Origin: Candidatus Bathyarchaeia archaeon
Lineage (GTDB): Archaea > Thermoproteota > Bathyarchaeia > Bathyarchaeales > Bathycorpusculaceae
Length of the DNA: 64,000 nucleotides
Direction of reading: 5' to 3'
Assembly: GCA_038883715.1 (NCBI GenBank)
Contig: JAVZLS010000006.1
Span: 8,255-72,254, forward strand
Both the position numbers and the translations under genes were made by a program. The notes beneath the pieces were generated by a model, which worked only from the letters and a program-made list of their open reading frames with translations, had not been told where the DNA came from and ran no database searches. This document shows positions 39,479 through 49,558 of the stretch, piece after piece; position 1 is the stretch's first letter, and each line of letters starts with the position of its first letter.

Positions 39479-39691
39479 ACCACGGTTATTTAGGTTTCAG
39501 AAATAATATTTTTGGTTAATCTACGTCGTCGCCGAACAAAATTTCACTCTTTAAACATCAAAAGCCAAATGAAACCAGACGGAGTTTGAAACAGACTTTT
39601 AAAAACGGCAACCCTTCTTAGACTTGAAAAGCATGAAAAAGCTCTTTTCTCAACTGTTAAAGTTTTTCTACATTGTTGCATCACTTGTCTT

Positions 39692-40060
39692 TTGCAAAAA
39701 GGAGGGTTCCCTCTGAAACCAGAAGAGGCTAAAGCCCTAGCTACAGCATTAAACGAGTTAAATGATAGTTATGCCGACTTCCTCCAGTCTTTAAGTGGCA
39801 CCGTAAGGGAGGTGAAGGCTTCCAAAAAGCTTTGGAAAAACGGCAATAAGCCATGGCTCATCAAGCTGGGCTTAGCCCTAATAGTTTTCCCAGAACCCGT
39901 CCTAAGCGATGTGTTGGGAAGCCTCCTGATAGCTGCTGGAACCGTTCAGGAGGGAATTCGCCGCAGAGCCATACACATAGAAGACATACCAAAAACATTT
40001 CAAAACGTAATGCGGGAGTTACGGGCTTCAGAGGAGCGCATAATTGGAAAACTTGTTTAA
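39692..40060 (+). CDS. Hypothetical protein with central hydrophobic hairpin
   Basis: LIKLGLALIVFPEP.SDVLGSLLIAAG. GGAGGG lies before a CTG near 39713, so the start is uncertain. Confidence 0.65.
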   Translation: MQKGGFPLKPEEAKALATALNELNDSYADFLQSLSGTVREVKASKKLWKNGNKPWLIKLGLALIVFPEPVLSDVLGSLLIAAGTVQEGIRRRAIHIEDIPKTFQNVMRELRASEERIIGKLV

Positions 40061-40112
40061 ATCTTATATTTGGAGCATATTATAAACATAACATGTTAGA
40101 GGTGAAGAGGGC

Positions 40113-40265
40113 GTGAAACTCGTAACAGTGCTGTTACCCGAAGCCTATTTGGAAGGGTTAGATGAGCTTGTGAGGGCGAACATGTACCCCAGCAGAAGCG
40201 CAGCCATAAGATCAGCCGTAAGAGACCTTCTCAAAAAGGAGCTTTGGGAAAGAAAGGAGAGATAA
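40113..40265 (+). CDS. Small ribbon-helix-helix (CopG/Arc/MetJ) regulator
   Basis: Not in the ORF track (50 aa). MKLVTVLLPEAYLEGLDELVRANMYPSRSAAIRSAVRDLLKKELWERKER; GAGGTGA RBS upstream. Confidence 0.88.
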   Translation: MKLVTVLLPEAYLEGLDELVRANMYPSRSAAIRSAVRDLLKKELWERKER

Positions 40266-40282
40266 ATCGTACAATCTCTCTT

Positions 40283-41053
40283 TCATTTAACGCTTTTGGC
40301 AGCGTCCCTAATCCTTTTGGCTATTTCAGCCGAATTTTCAGAAAGGGTTATCGCCCGCCCTACAATGAGATAAGAGGCGCCAGCCTTTAGGGCGGATTCT
40401 ATTTCACCCCCTTGAACGCCCACGCCCGGCGAATAAATCGGGATTTTCCTGCCCAAAACCTTGTGCACTTCCCTTATTTTTTCAGGGTATGTAGCGCCGA
40501 CCACAACGCCATCCGCACCCCACGTTAGAGCTTTTTCGGCAAAAACAATATATTGGGGCTTTTTCTGTCCGCTTTCGGCGTCCACCACCATTTGCCCATA
40601 GCCTTCGCCAGCTCCTTTATGGCTCATATAGACGAGTAGGATAACACCTTTACGCTGATTACTTGCCACTTCGAAGACTGGTTTTAGGCCTTCCTCCCAC
40701 CCAACGAAGGGGTTAGCAATCAAAGCGTCAAAGCCAGCCTCATAATAGTATTCGGCGATTACCTGGTTTGTCGAGCCTATGTCGTTTACCTTGCAGTCCA
40801 TTATGGTGAGGAGCCCCTTTTCATGTGCCTTTTCCAAGAGTTTTTGGACACCGTTGAAGACTCCCAGCGGCAGAACAAGGTGATGGTTAAATTTGACAGC
40901 ACAGATATAGGAACCCACATCTTCAATAATCTTTTCAGCCCTTTTATAGAGGGTTTGGTGGCTTTCAGGCTTTTCGTAGGGGAAGTCTAAAGCCAAAACG
41001 ATGTTTGACCCCTTTTTTCTGGCTGTTTCGGCCATTTTCTCTTTAAAGGACAA
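40283..41053 (-). CDS. pyrF: Orotidine-5'-phosphate decarboxylase
   Basis: LALD, DCKVNDIGST, VVGAT, PGVGVQGG, IVGRAI. Confidence 0.93.
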   Translation of the reverse strand: MSFKEKMAETARKKGSNIVLALDFPYEKPESHQTLYKRAEKIIEDVGSYICAVKFNHHLVLPLGVFNGVQKLLEKAHEKGLLTIMDCKVNDIGSTNQVIAEYYYEAGFDALIANPFVGWEEGLKPVFEVASNQRKGVILLVYMSHKGAGEGYGQMVVDAESGQKKPQYIVFAEKALTWGADGVVVGATYPEKIREVHKVLGRKIPIYSPGVGVQGGEIESALKAGASYLIVGRAITLSENSAEIAKRIRDAAKSVK

Positions 41054-41070
41054 GGCTAAGCACCCAGAAC

Positions 41071-41769
41071 CTATTTTGGTGTGGAGCTAAAAACCTTTAT
41101 CATTTCAATTTCTCCTCCGCAGCACGCCCTAATGTATTCTAAGGCTATCTTAACCGCCTCTTCAAGCTGCTGGCGGGTTATTCCCGGCGCACCATACGCC
41201 ACCAAAAGTATGTTTTTTGTGTTAAGCGTGATTTTTGTTTGGTCTGCGTCTCTGTGGGGATATATACATAAAACCCTTCTGGTGTCGGCTAAAACAAGCA
41301 TGTTACTTGTCAACGCCATTGGCTTTTCCATTCCAATCCCAGTGAATGGCTCGCCGTTCTCCGCAAACCGCACGTTGAAGGGTGGATTAAGCGTGCCCCT
41401 ATCAAAGCCGCTTATGGGAATTATTGTCTTCATAGAAGCCAAATTGTAGGCATCCACAGCCGTTGAGATGGTCGGGAGTTCATCGCCATGTAAAACCCGC
41501 CTAAGCAGCGCTTCGCCTGAAGGCCTTGTTTTAGTTGGGTCTATGCCAAGCCGCCAATAAAAGTCTCTGTAGGCTCTAACGGTTGGGTTTTCCTTAAGCC
41601 CTTCAATAGCATGTTGGGCTCTGGCCTCCGCGTACAAGGCTTTTTTAAGCTCTTTTATTTTCAGGTTTTCCTTCTCCACCATAACGTTGTTTATTGTGCC
41701 TATGCTTATGGCCAGTTGTGGAAATTTTGAGGTAACTTCTGCGCACCAGTAAACAGTGAGGGACTGCAT
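41071..41769 (-). CDS. B3/B4 domain protein (PheRS-beta editing-like)
   Basis: GIDPTKTRPSGEALLRR, VDAYNLAS. Confidence 0.9.
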   Translation of the reverse strand: MQSLTVYWCAEVTSKFPQLAISIGTINNVMVEKENLKIKELKKALYAEARAQHAIEGLKENPTVRAYRDFYWRLGIDPTKTRPSGEALLRRVLHGDELPTISTAVDAYNLASMKTIIPISGFDRGTLNPPFNVRFAENGEPFTGIGMEKPMALTSNMLVLADTRRVLCIYPHRDADQTKITLNTKNILLVAYGAPGITRQQLEEAVKIALEYIRACCGGEIEMIKVFSSTPK

Positions 41770-41843
41770 TCCAGTTCAGCTCATGAAAGATTAAAATATT
41801 TTAATGGTTTTAGCAGTTTCTCCTCTAAAGTTGGCTGTCTATA

Positions 41844-42746
41844 ATGATTGGCGAGTTGGCTGCCCTTGGAGCAGCTTTATGCTGGACTTTTTCGGCTGTG
41901 CTTTACAAGAAGGCTTTGGCTGAAACAAAGCCGGTTTCGGCGAATGTTGTGCGCTGCGTCGGGACAAGCCTTGTTTTGGTTTTGATTTTCGCCTTGATCG
42001 GGAAAGTTCACGTTTTCGCTGGTCTGCCAGCTCAAGTTATTATGTTAGCCTCTGTTAGTGGTTTGATTGGGTTGGGTTTAGGTGATACACTTTATATGAA
42101 CAGCCTTGAAATCTTGGGGGTTGCGCGGGCCGTTCCGATAACGTGTATTTATCCTCTTTTCAGCCTTGTTTGGGCTTATTTTTTGGCTGGTGAGAACATA
42201 ACGTTGCCAATTATCCTTGGTGCTTTGGCGATTGTTTTTGGAATTTGGCTTCTAACGGGCGAGCAGAGACAAAAAAGTGTAAACAAGGATAGGTGCCAGA
42301 CAAAACTTCGCATGAGAGGTCTTGTTTTTGCTTTGGCAACGGCTGTTGCTTGGTCTGTGAGCATTTCAATGATTAATTTGGCTGTTAAAGCAACCGCAAG
42401 TTTGGAGCAAGCCTACGCCATAAACGCCTTAAGGCTTGTGGCGGTGACAATTTTTCTGTTGGCTTTGACTCCCTTCGGCGGTGTAAAACGTTTCGTTCGA
42501 GAAATGCGGTTAAAGGTTGCGGGTATGCTTTTGGCTGGTGGCTTAATAGCCATAGGACTGGGATGGTTCCTTCTAACAACAAGCTTCATCTACATCCCAG
42601 AATCACAAGCCGTGCCAATATCTTCAACGACGCCCTTGTTTTCGGCTTTATCAAGCGTGGTTTTTCTTCGTGAAAAAGTTACAGTTAAAGTCGCCATAGG
42701 CTCCATCATGGTGGTGGCCGGAATCTTCCTAATCTTCATGGATTAA
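41844..42746 (+). CDS. DMT/EamA family transporter
   Basis: About 10 TM helices with duplicated EamA pattern (AVPI...PLFS...LxE). Confidence 0.9.
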   Translation: MIGELAALGAALCWTFSAVLYKKALAETKPVSANVVRCVGTSLVLVLIFALIGKVHVFAGLPAQVIMLASVSGLIGLGLGDTLYMNSLEILGVARAVPITCIYPLFSLVWAYFLAGENITLPIILGALAIVFGIWLLTGEQRQKSVNKDRCQTKLRMRGLVFALATAVAWSVSISMINLAVKATASLEQAYAINALRLVAVTIFLLALTPFGGVKRFVREMRLKVAGMLLAGGLIAIGLGWFLLTTSFIYIPESQAVPISSTTPLFSALSSVVFLREKVTVKVAIGSIMVVAGIFLIFMD

Positions 42747-42837
42747 GGTGACCACGATGTTTCCATGAAGCGGTACAGTTTTATATTGGCATGTTTCTAG
42801 AGGTGAAACTTGGCGGACTGAAGGGAAAGGCGTTTAC

Positions 42838-43605
42838 ATGTCTGTGTCTCCAAGCGTTCGCGAAGTTCTTGCAAGGCGAATTGCCGGCGAGATTATCCTC
42901 TCCAACAAGCCGGGCGCCACCATGCGGAAGTGGCGGGAGCTCTTCGGCGTTTCGCAGACAACGCTTTCGGATAAAATGATGCTTTCGCCTTCTGTGATAA
43001 GCGACTATGAAAGTGGGAGGCGGAAAAGTCCGGGAACAAAGTTTGTGCGCCGTTTTGTTTGGGCACTTTTGAAGATTGATGAGGAGCGGGGAAGCCGTTT
43101 CACACGCGAATTCGCAAAACTCACCAGTTCGCCCAGCATGGCCGTTATTGATTTACGGGAGTTCCCTATCCCAGTACGCGTGGAATATTTGTGTAAGGCC
43201 ATTAAAGGCGAGATTGTGGCTTGCTCCAGCCTACACGTCCGGGATGTTTTGGGCTACACGGTTGTGGACAGCAAAAAAACCATTGAAACGCTTTCGGGTT
43301 TCGAGTATTCCCAGCTCTTTGGCGCCACAACGGAACGCGCATTAATCTTCACCAACATTGGGGATGAGAATTCTCCCATGATGCTTGTCCGCATGAGCAG
43401 CCTAAAACCAAAAGTTGTAGTTTTCCACGGCGTGAAGCCAGACGAATACTCAATTAGGCTGGCGGAGTATGACCGCATACCCCTAATTTATTCGGCTCTG
43501 CCAACAGTGGAACAGCTTGTAAAGTCGCTACGGAAGCTTTACCGCATAGCCCTAAGAAGGAAGCTTGGTAAGGCAGTCCGCCCACCCCCGAAAATAAGTG
43601 CTTAA
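42838..43605 (+). CDS. Archaeal XRE-type HTH transcriptional regulator (COG1709-like)
   Basis: RIAGEIILS.KPG..MRKWRELF, VISDYESGRRKSPG, TTERALIFT. Confidence 0.88.
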   Translation: MSVSPSVREVLARRIAGEIILSNKPGATMRKWRELFGVSQTTLSDKMMLSPSVISDYESGRRKSPGTKFVRRFVWALLKIDEERGSRFTREFAKLTSSPSMAVIDLREFPIPVRVEYLCKAIKGEIVACSSLHVRDVLGYTVVDSKKTIETLSGFEYSQLFGATTERALIFTNIGDENSPMMLVRMSSLKPKVVVFHGVKPDEYSIRLAEYDRIPLIYSALPTVEQLVKSLRKLYRIALRRKLGKAVRPPPKISA

Positions 43606-44374
43606 AAAGGCCAAGAAAATGTTGCCCAAGCAGTTCAAAAACTATAAACTGACTAATAAGCGCCACTGGAATGCCATAGCTCAGCGTGAACGGGCCCACA
43701 AGATGGAAATGTTCAGGCTAATTAAAGATGATGTTTCTTCTTATTTTGAAAAGTGGGAACCAAAACTCGCTCCATATCTAAAACACATTATGGGAAAGAG
43801 GATTATTGTTCCCCAATTTGGTGATGGTTTGTTGATGCTAGCGTGCGCCAAGATGGGCGCTGATGTCACCGGCGTCGACTTTTCCCGTGAACAGATCAGG
43901 CTTGCGAGGGAGGCTGCTGAGTATTGTGGTGTTAAAGTGAATTTAGTGGAGGCAGATTGGCAAAATCTTCCAAAAATTATTCCAAGAAATTATTTTGATT
44001 TGGTTGTTACGGAGTGCGGCATTTTCATCTGGATAAATGATTTGGATGTTTGGATGAAAAATGCCTTTAGAGTTTTAAGAAAGTATGGCAAGCTAATTGT
44101 TTCGGATTTCCACCCACTTTCGCTAATAACGGATGAGAAGGATGGAAGAATAACCTTTAAAAGAAGCTATTTTGACCAGAGTCCAGAAATTTGTGAAGGT
44201 GAGGGGAATATTCCACCATCGGTTGAGTTCCGCTGGAAATTAAGCGATATCATCAACGCAGCAATTCATGCGGGATTTCGTATCGATCGTGTTGAAGAAT
44301 ATTATGTAAGACAAGAGTGTAAACGGCTTCCACTTTTACCAACAGACTTTCTTTTAGTAGCAACAAAAAGGTGA
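43598..44374 (+). CDS. Class I SAM-dependent methyltransferase
   Basis: GADVTGVDFS, FRVLRKYG, SDFHP; motif I is degenerate (PQFGDG). Confidence 0.8.
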   Translation: MLKKAKKMLPKQFKNYKLTNKRHWNAIAQRERAHKMEMFRLIKDDVSSYFEKWEPKLAPYLKHIMGKRIIVPQFGDGLLMLACAKMGADVTGVDFSREQIRLAREAAEYCGVKVNLVEADWQNLPKIIPRNYFDLVVTECGIFIWINDLDVWMKNAFRVLRKYGKLIVSDFHPLSLITDEKDGRITFKRSYFDQSPEICEGEGNIPPSVEFRWKLSDIINAAIHAGFRIDRVEEYYVRQECKRLPLLPTDFLLVATKR

Positions 44375-44380
44375 TTTTAC

Positions 44381-45295
44381 ATGATTAAGGTTGGGTGTTG
44401 TGGTTTTCCAACATCCATGAAACGCTACTTCGAAAACTACGGCTTAGTGGAGCTAAACAGCACATTCTACGAATATCCAAAGCTAGAGACGGTTGAAGGA
44501 TGGCGGGAAAAAGCACCAGAAAACTTCGAATTCACGGTTAAAGCCCACCAAGACATAAGCCACAAGGCGAAAATGCGGCTGAACGAAACAAGCAGAAAAG
44601 CCTTCGAAACCATGAAACAAATATGCAAAATGCTAAAGGCCAAAATGCTGCTGATACAGACTCCCGGCTCTTTCCGACCAGACAAGCTCAGCGAAGCAGA
44701 AAAATTCTTCGAGGCGGTGAACCGTGAAGACTTAACACTTGTATGGGAGACTCGCGGACCAGAATGGGAAAAACCAGAGGTCTATGAAAGACTAAGGCAA
44801 GTTTTAAGCCGCCTAGACGTAGTGCATGTGACAGACCCATTTAGAGTTTTGCCAGCCTACACGAGCCAAACAGTCTATTTTAGGCTGCATGGCTTAGGTG
44901 AGGAATTATACTACTACCAGTACACAGACAAGGAACTGCGGCAACTCGGCGAAATAGCCAAAAATTTTGAGGGAGAAGGCAAAACGGTTTATGTGCTTTT
45001 CAATAACCTCGCCATGTTCGAGGACGGACTACGCTTTAGGCAATACCTCTCCAGCGGGAAATTCCCAAAAATCACAGGCTCTGTTGGCTTGGAATCCGTT
45101 AAAAGTGTTATTGAAAAGACGCGTTATCCAGCGCCAAAAAGCGTGCTTGTTAAAAAGGTTGGCTGGAGGCTTGTGGAAATCGAAGAGGACAAACAGGTTA
45201 GGCTTGAGGAGCTGCTGGCGGAACTGCCATCAAAAACATACAAAAACCCAGAAGAAGTCCTAAAGGAGTTGAAGGCCGTCAAAAAGTTAGGTTAA
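44381..45295 (+). CDS. DUF72 family protein with C-terminal extension
   Basis: VGCCGF, VELNSTFY, FTVKA, YFRLHG, VLFNN, plus about 75 extra C-terminal residues. Confidence 0.88.
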   Translation: MIKVGCCGFPTSMKRYFENYGLVELNSTFYEYPKLETVEGWREKAPENFEFTVKAHQDISHKAKMRLNETSRKAFETMKQICKMLKAKMLLIQTPGSFRPDKLSEAEKFFEAVNREDLTLVWETRGPEWEKPEVYERLRQVLSRLDVVHVTDPFRVLPAYTSQTVYFRLHGLGEELYYYQYTDKELRQLGEIAKNFEGEGKTVYVLFNNLAMFEDGLRFRQYLSSGKFPKITGSVGLESVKSVIEKTRYPAPKSVLVKKVGWRLVEIEEDKQVRLEELLAELPSKTYKNPEEVLKELKAVKKLG

Positions 45296-45312
45296 ACGGC
45301 TAAGCTCAACTC

Positions 45313-45894
45313 TTAGATTTTCGCCTTGAGCAGCTTAAAATCGCCAATGAGCAATTGTTTATATTTGGCGCTGTAAAGTCCAGCCGCCGGATGAAAAGTT
45401 GGAAAAACAGTTACAGCCAAGCCTAAAACGTTTGCTTGGTAAAATTTTCCCCTAGCCTCTGTTATGCCCTTAAAGAGTATTCCAGCCTTTGCAAAAATGT
45501 AGGCAGTTGAATAATTTCCAAGGGTGACTACGAGTTTTGGTTTTATAGCCATTATCTGCCGATCCAAAAACGGCGTGCAAGCCTCAATTTCAGCGGGCGC
45601 TGGCTCACGGTTTCCAGGCGGACGACACTTCAAAACATTCCCAATAAAAACTTGGCTTCGCAGAAGACCAGCCTCTGCCAAAAGCGAGTCCAAAAACTTT
45701 CCAGCAGCCCCAACAAAAGGCTTGCCCTTCACGTCTTCCCAGTAGCCCGGCGCCTCCCCAATAAACATTACTTTGGCGTTTGGGTCACCCTCGCCCGGAA
45801 CAGCGTTTTTGCGGGTTCTCCAAAGACCACAACGTGTGCAAGCTTTAACTTCTGAAGCAACAGCCTCCAAAACAGCTGCACTTGAGGAATCCAC
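45313..45894 (-). CDS. Family 4 uracil-DNA glycosylase (Fe-S)
   Basis: CTRC, GEAPG, PFVGAAG, KCRPPGNR, TFHPAA. Confidence 0.93.
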   Translation of the reverse strand: MDSSSAAVLEAVASEVKACTRCGLWRTRKNAVPGEGDPNAKVMFIGEAPGYWEDVKGKPFVGAAGKFLDSLLAEAGLLRSQVFIGNVLKCRPPGNREPAPAEIEACTPFLDRQIMAIKPKLVVTLGNYSTAYIFAKAGILFKGITEARGKFYQANVLGLAVTVFPTFHPAAGLYSAKYKQLLIGDFKLLKAKI

Positions 45895-45977
45895 GCCTCT
45901 CCAGCCCAGTTTAGTGGTATCTGGGAAGCACTTATTAGGATTGTCAAAAAATAATCAAATGGAGAAAGTGCCCGAAA

Positions 45978-46337
45978 ATGGGTTATGTTAAGGTCAAGGT
46001 GAAAATTCGGAACATTCACAATCCGGAACTGGAAGCTGAAAAAGAGCTCCTCGCCGACACGGGCTCAATATACACAATGATTAGACGCAAGTTCCTCGAA
46101 GAACTCCACATAAAGCCACGGGGAAAGCGGAAATTCAAAACCGCCGATGGGAGACTTGTCGAACGGGAGGTTGGAGCCGCAGAAATAGAGATAAATGGAC
46201 AGAGCACTTACTCAATCATAATTTTCGGCGAAGAATCAGACGCGGAAGTTCTGGGCGTAACAACCCTTGAAGAACTCGGACTGCGAGTCGACCCTGTGAC
46301 AGGCGAGTTAAAACCACTAGAACTTCTACTCTTATGA
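45978..46337 (+). CDS. Clan AA aspartyl protease (AF_0612-like)
   Basis: ADTGS, TADG, LGVTTLEELGLRVDP. Confidence 0.88.
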   Translation: MGYVKVKVKIRNIHNPELEAEKELLADTGSIYTMIRRKFLEELHIKPRGKRKFKTADGRLVEREVGAAEIEINGQSTYSIIIFGEESDAEVLGVTTLEELGLRVDPVTGELKPLELLLL

Positions 46338-46394
46338 CAACCTTTCCAACAAAAATAAGGCACTTCAACGATTAAAGGTCACGGAGGTTAATTC

Positions 46395-47174
46395 TTGAAG
46401 AGTCTTTTGAAAATTGCAAGGAAATTTGTGAACGAAAAGTTCGTGGGCTGCAATGATATTTTGGGCGTTTTGCTGGAAGGCTCCGCCGCCATAGGAGTAA
46501 GAGACGAGTTTGTAGATTTAGATTTCGAAGCTATAATTACAGAGAAACGCTACAAGGAGGGCGTTTTCCTAGCTGATGAAACTGTATATGAGGGCGTTGA
46601 GGTTTGTTGGGGATGGACTAGTTTTGAAAGGCTGGAATCCAAACTAAATGGTTGGCACAATGACATTAATCTATGGGTATACTCCACATCAAAAATAATG
46701 TATGACCCCGCCGGAAAAGTGAAACGCCTACTAGAGAAGTATAAGTGGTATCCCGAAGACATTCGAAGGGAGAAAATGTTCGCTTACTTCTACTATGGGT
46801 GGGCTGAGGCACCATACAACTTCGAGAAGGCGCTGCTTAGAAAAGACCCTATAACTGCACAGTTCTGCCTAACCAATGCCGTTGAAATATTTACAGCCCT
46901 CCTTTTCATTATCAACAACAATTTTGTGCCTTATCGGAAATGGAGGCTTCGCGAACTGCGAAAATTGGAAAAGAAACCAGAGAAATATGAAGAAAAGATA
47001 AGGCAGCTGGTTCAAACAAACAGTTTTGAATGTGAAATCTTTAACTTAAAAAGGAAAATGGTCCATGAGGTTGTTGATGAACTGAGAGAACTTCTAATTC
47101 AAGAGGGAGTCCCCTCAGAAAAAGTTGGAAAGGACATGTGGAGGTACGAACCCAAATATCAGCCTTCAGTGTAG
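46395..47174 (+). CDS. Pol-beta-like nucleotidyltransferase with DUF4037-like helical domain
   Basis: GS...DLD motif; NNNFVPYRKW. Confidence 0.75.
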   Translation: MKSLLKIARKFVNEKFVGCNDILGVLLEGSAAIGVRDEFVDLDFEAIITEKRYKEGVFLADETVYEGVEVCWGWTSFERLESKLNGWHNDINLWVYSTSKIMYDPAGKVKRLLEKYKWYPEDIRREKMFAYFYYGWAEAPYNFEKALLRKDPITAQFCLTNAVEIFTALLFIINNNFVPYRKWRLRELRKLEKKPEKYEEKIRQLVQTNSFECEIFNLKRKMVHEVVDELRELLIQEGVPSEKVGKDMWRYEPKYQPSV

Positions 47175-47899
47175 TTTGTTGTGAATTTTGGCTTCCAGTC
47201 AAGAGTTTCTACTATTTTTCTTGTTGAAACGGTAGGCTTACAAGCCACATTAAAAACCTGACCGTAAGCCTTACTGTTTAATGTCGCTAGGATAAATGCT
47301 CGGACAACATCTTTTACGTGTATCTCCCCTTTGCTGGGCGGTTCGAAAACGTATCCAATCCTTAAGATGGTTACCGGCAACCCATACTCGCTGAAGTATA
47401 GGAGGCATAAACGCTCCGTTACAAATTTCATTATTCCATACGCTGGTCCAGGGTCTCCATTGAAAAGCTCTGGTTTGCAGACGCTTTCTTCATCCACGAC
47501 CTCTGCGCTTCCATTTCCGTAAACTGCGGTACTGCTTGCAAACATGAAGTGTTTAACTCCTTCAGACTTCGCCTCTTCCAATAGGTTTAAGGTTCCTCTA
47601 ATGTTAACATCAAACAAGTCTGGCAAGGGAACTTTATGCTTCCATGTTGCTCCATCCCAATTTAGGGCTAAATGGTAAACCACCTCCACGCCTCTAACAG
47701 CTTGCCTCACAATATCCCCGTCAACCATGCCACCGCGTAAATCATCGCTTCCAACACCGAAAAACTCCAGCTTATCCTTGCAATCCACTAGTTCTCCATA
47801 TCGAACATCAAGAACTCTAACAGTCCAATTTTTATTCAATAGGGCACGTACAAGCCTGGAACCAATAAAACCTCCTCCGCCAGCAACAAGCGCCTTCAT
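47159..47899 (-). CDS. NAD-dependent epimerase/dehydratase (extended SDR, short C-terminus)
   Basis: GGGGFIG, ASSTAVYG, YGIMK, IHVKDV. Confidence 0.88.
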   Translation of the reverse strand: MKALVAGGGGFIGSRLVRALLNKNWTVRVLDVRYGELVDCKDKLEFFGVGSDDLRGGMVDGDIVRQAVRGVEVVYHLALNWDGATWKHKVPLPDLFDVNIRGTLNLLEEAKSEGVKHFMFASSTAVYGNGSAEVVDEESVCKPELFNGDPGPAYGIMKFVTERLCLLYFSEYGLPVTILRIGYVFEPPSKGEIHVKDVVRAFILATLNSKAYGQVFNVACKPTVSTRKIVETLDWKPKFTTNYTEG

Positions 47900-48078
47900 C
47901 GCGTTTCCTACTCTCACTTTTGGCAATAACGAAAAAATATTATTTTCACTATTTGAAGCGGCAAAAGTATGCCTTAACGGCATACTCGAAATGTTTATTA
48001 GCGAAAAGCTTAGACGATAATTGCAGGACGTTGAAAGGCATGATTGCTTAGTAATTGTAGGTTTTCACGCGTCCTAAA

Positions 48079-49319
48079 ATGGTTAGGGTTTGGAGTTCTA
48101 TGTTAAAGCATTTCAGAATGGAGTTTAGCTTCATATCTGGGAACATTTTAATACTTCTGGTCGTTTGGGCAGTTACGGATTTCGCTCATTTTCTCCCAGA
48201 CACCTATTATTCCCTTTACGCTGAGTCCCTTGGCGCTTCGCCTCAAATAATAGGCTCAATTTTATCAGCATCATTGTTTATCATGGCTTTTCTTCAGCTG
48301 GCTGGCGGTTATTGGGCAGACAAAAGAGGGAGAAAAATCATAATTGTGGCTACAAGCTTTGCCAGAGCCCTAATATACCTCGTTTTCGCTACAGCTCCGA
48401 CTTGGCACTTCATCCTTTTTGGTGAAATGCTAGTTGGAGTGGCCGCCCTCTCTTATCCGGCGATGTCAGCTCTTGTCGCAGACTCGCTTCCACCGGATAA
48501 GAGGGGGCTGGGCTATTCACTTTCCATACTGGCTGGTGTAACTTCCATCCTCTCGCCGGTTGTTGCAGGAACACTCTACTTAAAATATGGATTGGTATTT
48601 GGCATGAGAACAGCCTACCTTATAGTTTCTATCTGCTGGTTTGCCTCCGGTGTAATGCTTCTAAAGTTAAAGGAAACCCTAAAACCTGAAGTAACCAGCG
48701 CTTCTTTAACGAGGTTTTGGAGAGAATGCCCTAAAGCCTTTAAAGAATGCATAACAGTATGGAAGTTTGTTCCCAAAACTATGCTTTATCTTTTCCTAAT
48801 TTTCACCCCCCTCATGTTTTTTGTCAGGATGTGCATGCCCTACTATGTGCTGTATGCAAGCCGATTCTTGAAAGTGGACGAGTTTCAATGGGCGGTCTTG
48901 CAAACCGTATACTCCCTAACCTTCTATTGCTCATTGCTTCCCGCAGGCAAGCTGGTGGATACGTTTGGCAGGAAAAAACCGCTCATTTTATCCTCAGTAT
49001 CAGGAGCCATTGGAATGGCATTGTTTCTACACGGACACCAATTGGGATTATACCTTTTTTCAATGTTTTCTGCGGTTTGCAACGCTTTAGCCTTCACAGC
49101 GTATCCATCCATGCAAACCGACCTAACCCCAAAGGAGGAAAAATGATGGGTTTCTCAAATTTTTCCGACTGCATCTTAGGATCCATAGCGCTGCTTTTAG
49201 GCGGCATTCTATACGAGTTTTCACCAATAACACCATTCCTTCTACTGCTTGCTACCATGACATTAACAGCCATAACAATAGCCATTTTCATAACTGAACC
49301 TCAAAAGAAAGAGGCATAA
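48079..49319 (+). pseudogene. MFS transporter, frameshifted near 49140
   Basis: ORF stops at 49146 after TM10. The last two TM helices (MMGFSNF...EPQKKEA) continue in another frame to 49319. Confidence 0.75.
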
Positions 49320-49523
49320 CAAAATCTAGAGGGGGCTGTCGCTATTGGCTTTTTTCTCAGCCAAAATTAATGGAAAATTCTAGCGGGGAGGGGGAGGCTA
49401 CCTTAAGCTGTTTTCCTCAACCATTTTCCCAATGAGCTAAAATTCTATAGAGGGTATCCAATTTACAAGAGCCGCACAGCCTAAAATTGCCACTAGCAAT
49501 GCAAAATCTAGAGGGGGCTATCA
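49320..49523. repeat. Degenerate direct repeats, core AAAAT(T)CTA..G-run
   Basis: Exact 18-mer CAAAATCTAGAGGGGGCT at 49320 and 49502; variants at 49374 and 49439. Confidence 0.6.
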
Positions 49524-49558
49524 ATTTTGCAGTTCGCCACCAGCAACAAAATTGACAT

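Noticed and set aside
42760-42825. Possible C/D-box sRNA or 3-codon upstream ORF (GAGGTGA, then TTG GCG GAC TGA) before the XRE regulator
   Set aside because: No convincing RUGAUGA box C, and the pattern is short enough to arise by chance.
45978-46337. Retroviral-like protease as a sign of a mobile element
   Set aside because: Stand-alone clan AA proteases are common in archaeal chromosomes, and there is no reverse transcriptase, integrase or terminal repeat nearby.
49320-49523. CRISPR array
   Set aside because: Repeats are short and degenerate, spacing is irregular, the spacers partly resemble each other, and no cas genes are in the window.
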